Source of the DNA: Octopus vulgaris
Lineage: Eukaryota
NCBI GenBank assembly: GCA_951406725.2
Contig: OX597832.1
Span: 63,364,001 to 63,428,000, forward strand
Length of the DNA: 64,000 bases
Reading direction: 5' to 3'
A program made the translations under genes and the position numbers. Below, piece by piece: positions 51,751 to 64,000 of this stretch (within the stretch, counting starts at the first letter, position 1; each line of letters starts with the position of its first letter). The notes under the pieces were generated by a model, which saw nothing but the letters and a program-made list of their open reading frames with translations, was not told the DNA's origin and made no database searches.

Positions 51751-51937
51751 AAGGACACAATACATGTCTTTAAGTGCTATTAATAGTTTCATATGTTGAG
51801 AAATACCTGAAACATATTCATCAGGCACAAACCACATGTCATAACGAACTATGTTGTTTGTGCTTGATGAATATTTTTGAGGCATTTCTCAACATATGAA
51901 ACTATTAATAGCACTTAAAGATATGTATTGTGTCCTT
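51751..51937. repeat. Diverged inverted repeat (~82-bp arms), each arm carrying a hammerhead-like motif
   Basis: Arms at 51751-51832 and 51856-51937; GTGC-CTGATGA-ATATG...CATAT-GAAA-CTATTAA-TA-GCAC on - at 51774-51828. Confidence 0.8.
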
Positions 51938-52554
51938 AAATAATAATTATATGTTTTATCTTTCTTTTGCTGGTTTCAGTCAGAGACTGGGATCATGCTG
52001 GAGCACTGCATTTCAATGTACTTGGGTTCTTTTTTTATGCTGTGTTTTGTGAAGCAGTGAGTTGGATGGAGCCCCTCTTCTTTTTGCCTCCTACTGTGAT
52101 GTGGGTTCATCTGGTATCTCAGATGAAAATTTGTTCAGATGCTCTTTGAAGACCTCCACGTCTCACCTTGAAAATCTCTGAAGGTGTTTGGCAGGATGCT
52201 GAACAGTTGTAGACCCCTGAAACCCAAGCTTTTACAATACAGGGTCCTTATTCAAGACGGAGAAGACGGATCTTTGCTCTTATGCTGTACCATCTTGTTC
52301 AGTGATTGGTATAGGTTTCAGTTCCAAAGTTGAGAACTTGACCTTCTAGGATCCTCCATACGTATACCATATGTGTATATAAACACAGAAAAAGGGTCTG
52401 TATCAATAACCCCACAATTGGTTGTTTACTGCCCTATCAACTCAATCATTCAAACATTAAAGTAAGACCAAAGATTGAATAAAACAGCAACTGAAATAGA
52501 CAAACAAACAAACAATCATCTTTCTATTTAATTTTTGTAATTTATTTATTTCAG

Positions 52555-52722
52555 GAAGTCCATATGTTTTGAAAATTGGCTCTCTTCCTGATGCCAGCAA
52601 AGTTCGTGTCAGTGGGCCTGGTGTTGAACATGGTATCTTAGCAACATATCAAAGCAAATTCTTGGTGGAGACACGTGGAGCCGGAGCTGGACAGTTAAGT
52701 GTCCGCATCAAAGGACCAAAAG
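52555..52722 (+). CDS. Filamin-like exon 9
   Basis: atttcag|GA...AAAG|gtaaga; SPYVLKIGSLPDASKVRVSGPGVEHGILATYQSKFLVETRGAGAGQLSVRIKGPKG; 168 nt. Confidence 0.96.
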
Positions 52723-54851
52723 GTAAGACTTTTTTGGCATGTGAGAACCAAGTTTTCAAAATGGGAACCAAATGGATTCTTTGTGTTAGTAAACTGGCAG
52801 AACTACAATTAGACTATTTAGAGTTACGACCTTTTCCATTGAGCTCCAAATCCTTCCAAGATCATCTTTGACTGTCATCCTTCATGGGGGTCAATAAAAT
52901 AAGAAATTAGCATTTAATGCCTAGTGTTCTGTGCTTGCATGAGTCAGACAGAATTTGTTGAGGCAGAATTTCTATGGTCAGATGCCATTCCTGTTTCTAC
53001 CACCCTACCCCCCACTAGATCCAAACATGGTAATATTTCCTCATGGAAGGCTAGAAACAAGCAGCCTCCCTTGTGTGAGAGAGATGCTCACTTACAGCCA
53101 TCACATGATGTCAAGACAAGGATACAAACACCTGCACACATCAGACTTCTTTCACCATCTATCAAATCCACTCACAACGCTTAGGATACTTGCCCAAGGT
53201 GCTGTTCAGTGGGACTGAACCCAAAACCACATGGTTAGGAAGCAAGGTTCTTAACCACATAACCATACCTGCACCTGTGAAGATGAAATCTTTTTCCTTT
53301 GAAAGGTTTTATTCTTTCACTCTGTTACTTGTTTCAGTCATTTGACTGCGGCCATGCTGGAGCACCACCTTTAGTCGAACAAATCGACTCCAGGAATTAT
53401 TCTTTGTAAGCCTGGTACTTATTCTATCGGTCTCTTTTGTCGAACTGCTAAGTTACGGGGACGTGAACACACCACCATCGGTTGTCGAGCGATGTTGGGG
53501 CGGGGGTCAAACACACACACAAACATATATACGACGAGCTTCTTTCAATTTCCATCTACCAAATCCACTTGCAAGGCTTCGGTCGGCCTGAGGCTATAGT
53601 AGAAGACACTTGCACAAGGTGCCATGCAGTGGGACTGGACCCAGAACCATGTGGTTGGTAAGCAAGCTACTTACCACATAGCCACTCCCGGTAAACTATA
53701 AAATGTTCATTTACATGTTTAGACAAAAGGCTGTAGGCATGGGGCTACAATACAATAAAACAACCTAAAAAAATATATTTCCCCAAGGAAAGTATCAATT
53801 GTTGTGTTCATAAGAGAGAAAGGATCACATGATTATTGATTTGTCAAAATGTGACTTTCCAAGTTTAGGTGGACTCTATGTAACTGAATTTGAGATACAG
53901 TTTCTAATGAGGTGAGCACTGTGTTACATCACTCTAGGCTGTGCAGAAGGCTTTGTCCAATTCTGGTAACGATTAATAACTATTCAGTATTAATTAATTA
54001 TCCATGCATTTGTTTACATTTGCATTTTATGAAAATCACCTACTACAAGCAATATTGTTGTTGGTGTTGTTATTGCTGTCACTGCTTCCATCAACAAGTT
54101 ATCTGCTGGCTTTGTGCTTTCAAAGACCTGTGAAATAAAAGATCCCTTACTTGAAAATCAGAGAAGGTTTAGTGGCATGAAAGGCCTCGGTGATGCTATA
54201 ATACATCTAACTCAGGCTGCCATGGACAAACAGACATAAAATGAATGAATTTGTTTAATAATTGACAAAGATGATTCTACTAATTCCAGTTGTGACTCTC
54301 CCATTACTGGAGGCACATGGCTCAATGGTTATACCGTCACAACATTATTGACTCGTACATGGACTCATATTTTCCGTATACCATCACAATATTATTGACT
54401 CATGCACTAACTCATATATTTTCTCCCACAAAACCACTTCAAAATATCTTTCAATGATGAAACACTAAATCTTTTTTTTTTCCCTAAAAATATATAATAG
54501 TAATCCCTCACTATATCGCAGTTTATTAGTTAAGCTTACATTGATTCCTCCATGGTGTTGTTTTGCAATTATAATAAAAATATACACAAATTATAAAAAT
54601 AAATTTAAAAATCTACGATACAGTACCATCTCTTTCTACTATCGTGGGGGATTGGGTTCAAATGTAACACCTGCAGGAGTCAAGAGATTATTGTACTCAT
54701 AAAATAGGTATACATCTTATGTGAATGTGTGTCTTATAGACCAGTAAGTAGAGTATATAACCTCAGTTTTACATTTTTACCTTCAACAAGATTTCATATA
54801 TAATTTAAATAACTGAATCAAGTTCTTGTTTTCTCTTATCTATCACTTCAG

Positions 54852-55117
54852 GTGCTTTCCAAGTAGAGATGTATCGAGACAACCAGAAAGACCGCAATAT
54901 CATATGCTGTTACAACCCTTATGAGACAGGTCTTTATATTATCCAAATTAAATGGTCAGGAGTAGATGTACCAGGCAGTCCCTTCCAAGTTCATATTGTA
55001 GACACCCAACAGGAATATGAGACAATCATGCAAAATACAGCAGCCTACCAACAGAATGGTTATGGATTCCCAGAGTCACCTTCAATGAGACATTCTTTCA
55101 CTCATTGGAGGGAATAA
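54852..55117 (+). CDS. Filamin-like terminal coding exon 10
   Basis: cacttcag|GT; AFQVEMYRDNQKDRNIICCYNPYETGLYIIQIKWSGVDVPGSPFQVHIVDT...HWRE-stop (TAA). The C-terminal repeat resembles the jitterbug-type filamins as I recall them (not searched). Confidence 0.94.
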
Positions 55118-55963
55118 TATTTAACAGAATGGAGCAATGGTATAAATTGATTTATCAACAGAGTACTAAAAAAAAGATTTAACAACTTTCAACTATATTA
55201 TGTATATATTATGTGATAAATATATATATATATATTGGTAAAAACAGTAAGATAATGAAAGAAAGAGACCTCAATATTATGTAAATAGAGGAATTTATCT
55301 GTAAATGTAATATGTGACAATTATTCGGTGGCCAAGATAAAACTCAGAGTTTTATCTTGGCTTCCGAATAATTGTCACATATTACATTTATATATATATA
55401 TATATTTATCACATAAGAATATCAATACTAATACAATTTATAAATAGTAAAAAAATCAACTAACAAAAAATTTAATAATTCCCCCCTCTCTCCTGTATTT
55501 TATCTATGAAACTAATTATTATTTCGGCATAAAACCAGTAGTTCTAGGGATAAGGGTGTCAGTTAATTACATTAACCCCCCAGTATGTGACAGGTATTTA
55601 TTTTATTGACCCTGAAAGAATGGAAGGCAAAGTTCAAATTTCTGGAATGAGCCAGAACAAACAGTACAAAGCTTTTTTTTTTAATTATTTTTACTCTGTG
55701 CTGCACTACTTCTTGCAGCTGATGCTCTGAGTTCAAATTCCAACAAAGTCAACTTCATTTGTCATCCTTTCAGGGTCAATAAAATATATATCAAGTAGTA
55801 TGGTGATGTAATCAACTGGCCCTCCACCCACCGTCTCCTCAAAATTGCAGGCCTTGTGCCAAAATATAACAATTTTCATTATAAATAAAAGAAATCATTA
55901 TCGTTAGGCCCAAAGAGGGTAGAATGAGTATAAGACTGAAGTTAGGTTTATAGCAGTCGAAAT

Positions 55964-56110
55964 CAGGAGTTCCCAACCTTTTCACTACCAAGGACTCCTT
56001 TCACTGAAATGAGTTTTCCCACGGGCCCCAGGATATTGAAAGGTCTGTCAGCTTAATGTGTTCACACAACATCAGCACTACTATTGCAGACCACAGGTTG
56101 GGAACCACTG
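55964..56110. mobile_element. hAT-like MITE in the putative filamin 3' UTR
   Basis: TIRs caggagttcccaacc / ggttgggaaccactg; TSD gtcgaaat / gtctagat (6/8). Confidence 0.7.
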
Positions 56111-56284
56111 GTCTAGATAATTCAATGGTTTGCTGAAATTCATTTGTCTGAAGGAGAAGCAGGGGTGTTCAATAATAATAACTAACAAATGTGTACTGGG
56201 GTTTTATACTTCAGTTTGGTTATATAAACCTAAACCCAGAAAATATGTAGCCAGGTACCTATGCAAGAAATTATTATTAGGCAA

Positions 56285-56470
56285 CAAGCATACCATGCAA
56301 AATGCTTAGTGGTATTTCGTCTGCTGCTACGTTCTGAGTTCAAATTCCACCGAGGTCAACTTTGCCTTTTATCCTTTCGCAATCAAATTAAGTAGCAGTG
56401 AAGTACTGGAGACCGATGTGATCGATTGTCCCCCTCCAAAAAATTCAGGCCTTATGCCTATATTAGAAAG
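56285..56470 (+). mobile_element. Older SINE-like family (copies at about 17370-17560, 55720-55870, 56540-56700, 56765-56900, 59010-59180)
   Basis: Shared gttcaaattcc...gaggtcaactttgcctttcatcctttc.gggtcaataaaa motif. Confidence 0.65.
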
Positions 56471-57948
56471 GATTAATTACCATCAATGTTATTTGTTAAT
56501 GAAGTAAGTTGGGGCAACAGAGTGCCAAACTTGTTGAATGCAGCGCAGTACTTAGCTCATTTGTCGTTGTTTTTTGTGAGCACCTCAACTGCCATGTTCA
56601 AATTCCTGCTGGGTTCAAACATTAACTTTTCATTCTACAAGGGTCAATAAAACAAAGAAAACTCAATGATCTATTGATTCAATGCAATCAAAATCACTCC
56701 CTCTCCCCACCACTGTCCTACTGTCCACTTTTAAATTCTCCATGGACTTATATAATTTACATCCCATGTTCAAATCCCACTGATGTTATCTTTTAGCTTT
56801 CACAAGGTCAAGGTCGATAAAAACCAATTACCAGTCAAGTACTGTGGGGGATAAGGTCAACTTAACCCTACCTCTTCTTCAGTAATCTGACCTTATAATC
56901 ATTCCATTTACGAAAGTACATGATCTGTATATTTTACCTTTTTTTGCTAATACATTTGAATATAAGACTGCTCCCCTCCACAACTTCACAGAAATGTGGC
57001 ATGGAGAGAAATCTCCATCATTACAAAAGCCAATAGACAACAAATTATAAGAGTGCCAGACTAAAAACTTACATAGAATTTAGTTCAACATTCCATGTTC
57101 AAATCCCTTTGGAGTGGGATGTTGGCTCACCAAATGACCAGGGTTTTTTCTTAATGCAGGCATTTTCTTTTTACTCAGCTATAATTCTATATCCCTATAA
57201 ATTTATGATCATTTCAGAAATCATTCTCACTGTATTTTCCAACAAACAAGTTGAATTTTTCAAACCAAGATTTACAGCAAAAAAAAAAAAAAAAAATGGG
57301 GTTGGGGTAAGCTGACTTTGGGGGACCAAAAATTCAATGGGAAATGCAGCAGAATTTGGAAAGATGGTGACAATGTTTAAATGTTTACACTATATATATA
57401 TAAATAATGTCAACTTGTATGCTGGAAAATACAGTGTGTATATATACACATTACCTCCGAGTCTGCCCTGGTCAAACAAACCTATAAGTATGGTTAAACA
57501 GATTCCACCCATGGCCATCTCATCTTTTGTTTGTTTGTTTTTTGTTTATAGTAAGGTATAATATGAGAAAGATTGAGCTGCTATTTCTAGAAAACAGAGG
57601 CTCCCTCACTGGGTTGGCTCATCATTATTGAGGGAATCTTTCACAGCAAGGTGCAATACGAGGGAGATTTGGCTGCAACTTCTAGAACATGCAAGCTCTC
57701 TCATTGGGTTGACACATCATTATTGGGGAGGGAGAGTATTATAAAAGCTACAAATCATTTTGGCTAAATCACTGCATTCCATTAGTTTTTGGCTCTCTAA
57801 TCTCACTAATAATAATAATAATAATCAACTAAACATACCCTTCCACAATTGGAAATCATTAATTCTCCTTTAACAACAATAATTATAATTTTGATAAATT
57901 TATAAATTAAAACTTATGATGTATTTTATATGAAATACATATTGTTGA

Positions 57949-57954
57949 AATAAA
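57949..57954 (+). promoter_or_regulatory. Candidate polyadenylation signal of the filamin-like gene
   Basis: AATAAA followed by a T/GT-rich tract; other AATAAA hexamers occur upstream, so this site is not unique. Confidence 0.3.
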
Positions 57955-58790
57955 AACAAAATTAAAATGTAATATTTGTTATTTTTAATGTATTGTCATT
58001 AATATTTTTTTTGTCTTGCAAGTACTTGGTGACCCTATCAGTGCAGGTGCCACTTAAAAGCACCCAAGCCACACTGTAAAGTGGTTGGTGTTTGGAAGGG
58101 CATCCAGCTGTAAAAACCTTTCCAAAACTGACCTTGTCTGTGCATATGTCACATAAAAAGCACTACTGACCTTACCTGTGCCATGTAAAAAGCACTAAGT
58201 CCCACTCTGCCAAGTGGTTGATGTTAGGAAGGGCATCCAGCTGAAACAGACGCAGAAATCGGGTGCTTCTGCCTGCCCGGCTTTTGTGAAACCATCCCAC
58301 CCATGTGTGCGTGGAAGATGAATGTTAAATGATGATGATGTGAGGAGCTTCTTTCATTTCCCTGTCTGGGCTATAGAAGATGCCTACCTAATGTGTCAAG
58401 CACTGAAACATAAATTCTTCATAGAAAAATTATTCCTGAAGGGTATTTTGATATATTGTTTAAAAATGTATTTCACTGTGTTAAAAAAAAATGATTAAAA
58501 AAAAAAGTTTGTAACTCTGTATGGTGAGAACACTGAATATTAAAACCTCAATTTTTCAAAGAATCATTAGTATTAAATTTCAAAACATCAACACATTTTA
58601 CATAAATGGGTAATTGATAAGCTGAAACGTAATAATGTAATTAATGATTTTGTAACAAGAAATACAATATCTTCCGAAACATTGGAAACTTTCTACAGAT
58701 GTCTTAAATATGTAAACAACACATCTAAGACTAAATGACATACAAATACTAATTAACTAACAGAAATACTGGAATAGAAAAGAAAATTTG

Positions 58791-58796
58791 TTTATT
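58791..58796 (-). promoter_or_regulatory. Candidate polyadenylation signal of PCCB
   Basis: TTTATT on + (AATAAA on -), about 1.27 kb after the stop, followed by T-rich sequence on -. Confidence 0.3.
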
Positions 58797-60061
58797 AAAA
58801 GAGAAAAAAATAGCATTAGTCAAACACTTAATTGCAATAGTATTATAATTACATAAAAAACTTAGTTAAAAAAAAAAATTGTAAAACTACTTTCATCTGT
58901 GAGCTATTATTAAAATTAACATTTTTTTTTTTGAAAAATAGCTTTTCAAGTGTTTTCTAATTTCTTAGTTTTTCATTACAGATTCTGTTTATTATTATTG
59001 TTGTTCAAACAGCAAGCTGGCAGAATTGTTGGCACGCTGGATGAAATGCTTAGCAGTATTTCACCTGTTGCTACATTTCAAGTTGAAATTCCGCTGATGT
59101 CAACTTTGCCTTTCATCCTTTCAGGGGTTGATGTGTTTGACTTAATCCCTTCCTCCAAGCTGCCCTTGTGACAAATATTTGAAACCGTTATTATTAGTAG
59201 TACAACTACCACCAGTGCATCATTAAATACTTATGTTTCTCTACTGTCATAGTTCTAACAATAACATCCGTTAGTTCTCTCAGCTATTCTTTAAATGATG
59301 TCAAAGTCTTGTAAGATATTAACAGAGTAGAAGGAAGTGTTTGCCGGATTTTTTCTATGGATTTTTTTTGTCATGTCACTTGATAAGGCATGGCTATGTG
59401 GTTAACAAGCAACCACATGGTAACAAATTTAGTGCCACAGCATGGCACTTTGGGCAAGTGTCTACTATAGTCCCAGACCAATCAATGCCTTGAGAAATGA
59501 ATTCAGTAGATGGAAACTGTGTAGAAGCCTTACATGTGTGTGTTTGCTCCCCACCATTGCTTGACAACTGGTGTTAGTTTATGTCCCTAAAACTTAGTGA
59601 TTCAGCAAAAGAGACCAACAATAAATAGTGGAGTCAAATTTTACAACCACCACCAGGCACAGCTGCAGTCAAATCACAAACAAGAGATGATGATAATGGA
59701 GTCTAACTTAGACAATAAGCCAAACAATGTGACCCCCACCACCAAATAACTTTCCCTCTGTTTTTGCCCTTAACAAAGACAACAATGTACCCTCATACCT
59801 ATAACTTAACACAGTAACACTATATTACTTAACAGAAAAACAACCTAGTGCAACAATGTTTGTTTTGTTTTTGTTGCTTGCAATATTGTGAAAATTGTCT
59901 CAGCAGTCCTATAAAGAATTTGCAGGAATATAACACACATTGCTGATATGTTTTGAGAATGTCTAAGACCAAATCAAGGTAGACTCCCAAAAAAACTGCA
60001 TGAAATTGGAAAATATGTTGATTGGAGGATCTGACCATTATTGAAAAGTCCACTAACAGTC

Positions 60062-60183
60062 TTATAAAGGTATATTTGCATGCTTCTTCCAAGGATTGCT
60101 GACTTTCTTGTTGGACAACATTTCCAAATCTTGACAGATTCGACGACGAGTGGTATTTGGTTCTATGATGTCATCAACGAAAC
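60062..60183 (-). CDS. PCCB: Propionyl-CoA carboxylase beta chain, last coding exon (upstream exons lie beyond the window)
   Basis: ttttcag|GT; [39 protein letters not shown]-stop, with the diagnostic KHANIPL terminus; phase matches the previous exon. Confidence 0.95.
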
Positions 60184-60749
60184 CTGAAAACAGAAAGAAA
60201 GAAAAAATATGACTATTCCTTTATGCTACAACATTGAATATTTCATAAAAAAAAACTAAAAAAAACACTGATATAATACTATACAAACAAAACATTTAAT
60301 AAAATTATATGTAAGCTTTGTTATACACTACAAAATGCCATTTTCATAACCATTTCATTCTGAAGAGGACATTGCAAAGGTCTTGAAATGTTACTGGGCT
60401 GATTTAGAAATGTTATTGTTCCAAACTAAAAGAACTAAGATGGAAAAATAAAATATCCAAGTTGAATAGTCAAGTCTTTAATATATTTGAATGAAAAGAT
60501 GTTACATACACACACACACATAGAAAGAGATAGAGGTATATCTCTATCTTTGATTTAACATCCACTGTTCCACGCTTGTGTCCTTCCTGTTACCAACCTT
60601 CATCTGTTTCCAGGCAAGGTAATATTTCCCCATGGCCAGACAACACATGATATCAAGGTAAGGAGACAGTAAGACACACACATGCACACACACAGATAGA
60701 CAGGCATACAGAGTGAGAGATGGAGAGATTTCAAAGTAAAGAAGTTTAC

Positions 60750-60846
60750 CTCTAGAAGCTGCTGGGAAAGGATTAGCAAACTTATCCACATATTCTGCTT
60801 CATTAGCTTGATTATCTTCACCACGGAATATAATCTTGACGGCACC
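60750..60846 (-). CDS. PCCB: Propionyl-CoA carboxylase beta chain, penultimate coding exon
   Basis: ttttctcttgaag|GGT...AGAG|gtaaac; [33 protein letters not shown], recognisably the PCCB C-terminal region; 97 nt. Confidence 0.93.
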
Positions 60847-63229
60847 CTTCAAGAGAAAAAGTAGAATTCTGAGCATACATTGGGGATATGGACCTTCAAA
60901 TGCTTTTTTCTTCATTATGTGTGTGAGTGTGTGGCCTGGTGGGGGGGGGCATGGTTTTGCACTTACAATTGCTACATCATAAGCTTAATTCCGGGACCAA
61001 ACAGCACATTGTGTTCTCGAGCAAAACACTTCATTTTCATTGCTCCAGTTCACTCAGCTGTAAATGGTGGTCACCCTGCAACTGACCAGCTTTCCAATCA
61101 GGAGGGAATGTTGGCCTCTGCGCCTTGCCAGCAGCTGGCATCATGCGAAAGCTAAAACATTGTGACCAGCAACGTATAACAACATTTGATAGCCTGGTCA
61201 ATCACAATCACATGATTTAGTATATATGTATATTAAAACAAAAACTAGAAAGTCTGGTATATTTTCCAAAATATACCAAACTTTCAGGTCTTTGATTTAA
61301 TATATACTTATTCTGCAAATATGACTCACAAAAATTTTCAAACCTTCAATGAGAATATATACCTCATTTAAAATAAAACATTTACATATTGAGACATATA
61401 TGGAGATAGGCTCTGGAGGTATGCTGTGACTGAGAAGACCCGGCAAATAAAGTGAGTTCACAGCTGTAACCTACCAGTGTCACATAACCAGCCCACTCAA
61501 AAGTAACTTAGATCGTAGGGTGACATGCCATGCTTGAGGAGACCTATTGAGTCAAGTACATCAAAACCAAAATCAAATGGAAATTGTAGTTGTGATTCCC
61601 ATGTCGGTGGCACGTAAAAAGCACCATCCAAATGTGGCCGATGCCAGCGCCTCCTTGACTGGCTTCTATGCCAGTGGCATGTAAAAAGCACCAATCAATC
61701 GTGATCGTTGCCACCCTCCTCTGGCCCCTGTGCTGGTGGCACGTAAAAAGCACCCACTACACTCTCAGAGTGGTTGGCATTAGGAAGGGCATCCAGCTGT
61801 AGAAATACTGCCAGATCAGACTGGAGCCTGGTGCAGCCTCCTGGCTTCCCAGACCTCAGTCGAACCATCCAGCCCAAGCTAGCAAGGAAAATGGACGTTA
61901 AACGATGATGATGAGGATTTGACTGCGGGAACATGCAGATGTGCTTCATGAAGAAACAGCCTGTATTATAATCCTTTCTGTACACTATACAACATGTTAT
62001 AGTTTTGAGAGCAGAAAGTAGAAAAGCAGACCAGTTGGGCAAGAAACAGTACCAACACAACAGACATCAGTTCTGCCAACCACATATTTATACATTTATT
62101 TTGTCTAGACACAAGACAGGCTTTTGTATAACAATAAAGAAGAGGTGTATAGTCAATTAGGTAGATTAAAACACTCAGCAACAACTTTTAAATGAAAGAA
62201 GGCATATAAGTCAAATAAAATTAGAGCAAACAAGATTAGACTTCTGCACAAAAGATGGTGGATATAGTTAACATAGAGTTAACTGAACAGGTTAGAACTT
62301 CTTGAGAAAGTTGGTTGAAGAGGGCTCAAAAATGACATCATCATCATTTAGTGTCCATTTGTCCAGTCTGGCATGGGTTGGACAGTTTGACTCAGACCCA
62401 GTAAGCTGAGGGGCTGTACTAGACACCAGTCTGCTTTGGCATGGTTTCTATGATTGGATGCCTTTCCTAATGCCAACCACTCCGAAAGTGTAATGGGTGT
62501 TTTTATATGCCATTTGCGTGACACCAGTATCTGCTACTAGAATTTCCTTTTGTTTGATGGATCTTATTTCTCAAGAACAGCATATTGCCAAAGGTCTCGG
62601 TACCTGTAGTAGATAAACCAGGTAACACTGATAAAGCATATAAGTAGTGAAGTAGTATGTAACTACCTCCTGGCCTCTTGACTACATGTAACAGTTATAA
62701 ATGAGTGACACTGTCATGTCTGCCTCAACAAAATCCCCCCCAAGCCCTGCAAGCATGGAAAAGCAGGAATTAAGATGATGATCTGTACACGATGGGCGTC
62801 TTTCAGTTTCCATCAACCAAGTCCACTAACAAGACTTTGGTCAACACAAAGTGTCAAACAAGGAAACTGAACCCAGGACCATGTGGTTAGGAAGCAAACA
62901 TCTCAACCACACAATTGTGGTTGCACTCATTGCTTAACTGTTCTCTCAAGAAAAGTTAACCCGAGTTAACGAACAACTACATTAAAAATAATTAGCATCA
63001 ATGATGCCAATGACAGCACTTCCACATGGTCACATAATCTGCTCGAAATAGCTGTCAGATCTCCCCTCCCCCAAATGACATCCTGCTGGCTCTAAAAAGA
63101 ATATACAAAGACATGACAGAAGTAAATAGACACCCCATAAACCATTGTCTTATGTTTATTCTAACTTGTAAGGTTTATATTTTTTTTAATTGACTGACAT
63201 TTTTATGATTCAGGTTCTATATGTGACTG

Positions 63230-64000
63230 TTTAATCATGCCTTCTACAAAAGAGGCCTTGGAACTGAATTTCAAAGAGGCCATATTATGGGTCATTTCGA
63301 AGGTAGACAGCATGAAATTGCCGAAAACCTTGAGACCCTGCATTCTACAGTTAATAGGGTGACTGTGCAATTCACCAGAGAGGGGAAGGAGTTCACATCA
63401 CCTCACCCAGGTTGACCAAGGCTCTCTGACAGGACCCTTCTCTTTATTAACAGAAGTGTGGAGGATAATCCTTGTTGCAAGGCCTCAGACATAGAAGAAC
63501 ACATTGATGGAAGTCCCAGAACAGCTGTCAGGTATCTCCACAAACTTGGTTACTATGGCAGAGCAGCAAGAAGGAAGCCACTTCTTCAACCAGCCAACAT
63601 CAAGCAGAGAAAAGATTATGCCAGTGAGATGGTGGAAAGACCACTGGCATCTTAGGACACTGTCATATCCTCTGATGTGTCCAGATTTGTTGTATTTCCT
63701 GATCAAGAATGTGATGTGAAAAGATTGCATCCAACAATGAAATACGGCAGCTATTCTGTGATGGTTTGGGGAGCAATTTGGAGCAATGGTTGATCAGAGC
63801 TGGTGGAGTGTGAAGGAAACATAAACTCAGATAAATATACACATATTTATCTGAGTTTATGTTTCCTTCACACTCCACCAGCTCTGATCAACCATTGCTC
63901 CAAATTGCTCCCCAAACCATCACAGAATAGCTGCCGTATTTCATTGCAGAAAGGACTCCTTCCAATCTTCTCCAGTGGTGAAATGGATTAAAGAAGACTC
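63230..64000 (+). pseudogene. Decayed Tc1/mariner transposase in a PCCB intron
   Basis: LHKLGYYGRAARRKPLL...R..YA, then HPTMKYG..SVMVWGAI...GNINSDKY...LQKGLLP; stops and frameshifts present. Confidence 0.85.
63735..63946. repeat. Perfect inverted duplication (104-bp arms, 4-nt loop) inside the Tc1 remnant
   Basis: caatgaaatacggc...gataaatat-acac-atatttatc...gccgtatttcattg. Confidence 0.95.

Overview
AT-rich, repeat-dense eukaryotic DNA. The (TA)n/(CA)n/(GATA)n microsatellites, (GAT)n-tailed RTE LINEs and tRNA-derived SINEs suggest an octopus or other coleoid mollusc (inference). Two spliced genes converge. On +, a 10-exon filamin (jitterbug-like) model spans 21982-55117: 2901 nt, 966 aa, a 439-aa disordered N-terminal exon, five Ig-like filamin repeats, and all introns GT-AG phase 1. 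On -, the last two coding exons of propionyl-CoA carboxylase beta (PCCB) lie at 60062-60846. The rest is mobile DNA: RTE LINE fragments (one with a C4HC3 PHD finger inside ORF2), Tx1/L1-like fragments, two Penelope-like (GIY-YIG) remnants, a Tc1 remnant, hAT/piggyBac/pogo-like MITEs, SINEs and minisatellites. The most notable hidden signal is a set of minimal type I hammerhead-ribozyme motifs in several repeat families. One is a tRNA-headed, Pol III-type short element carrying an intact hammerhead core (18113-18158) inside a head-to-head fold-back. Several long palindromes also occur. All calls were made by eye, without database searches.
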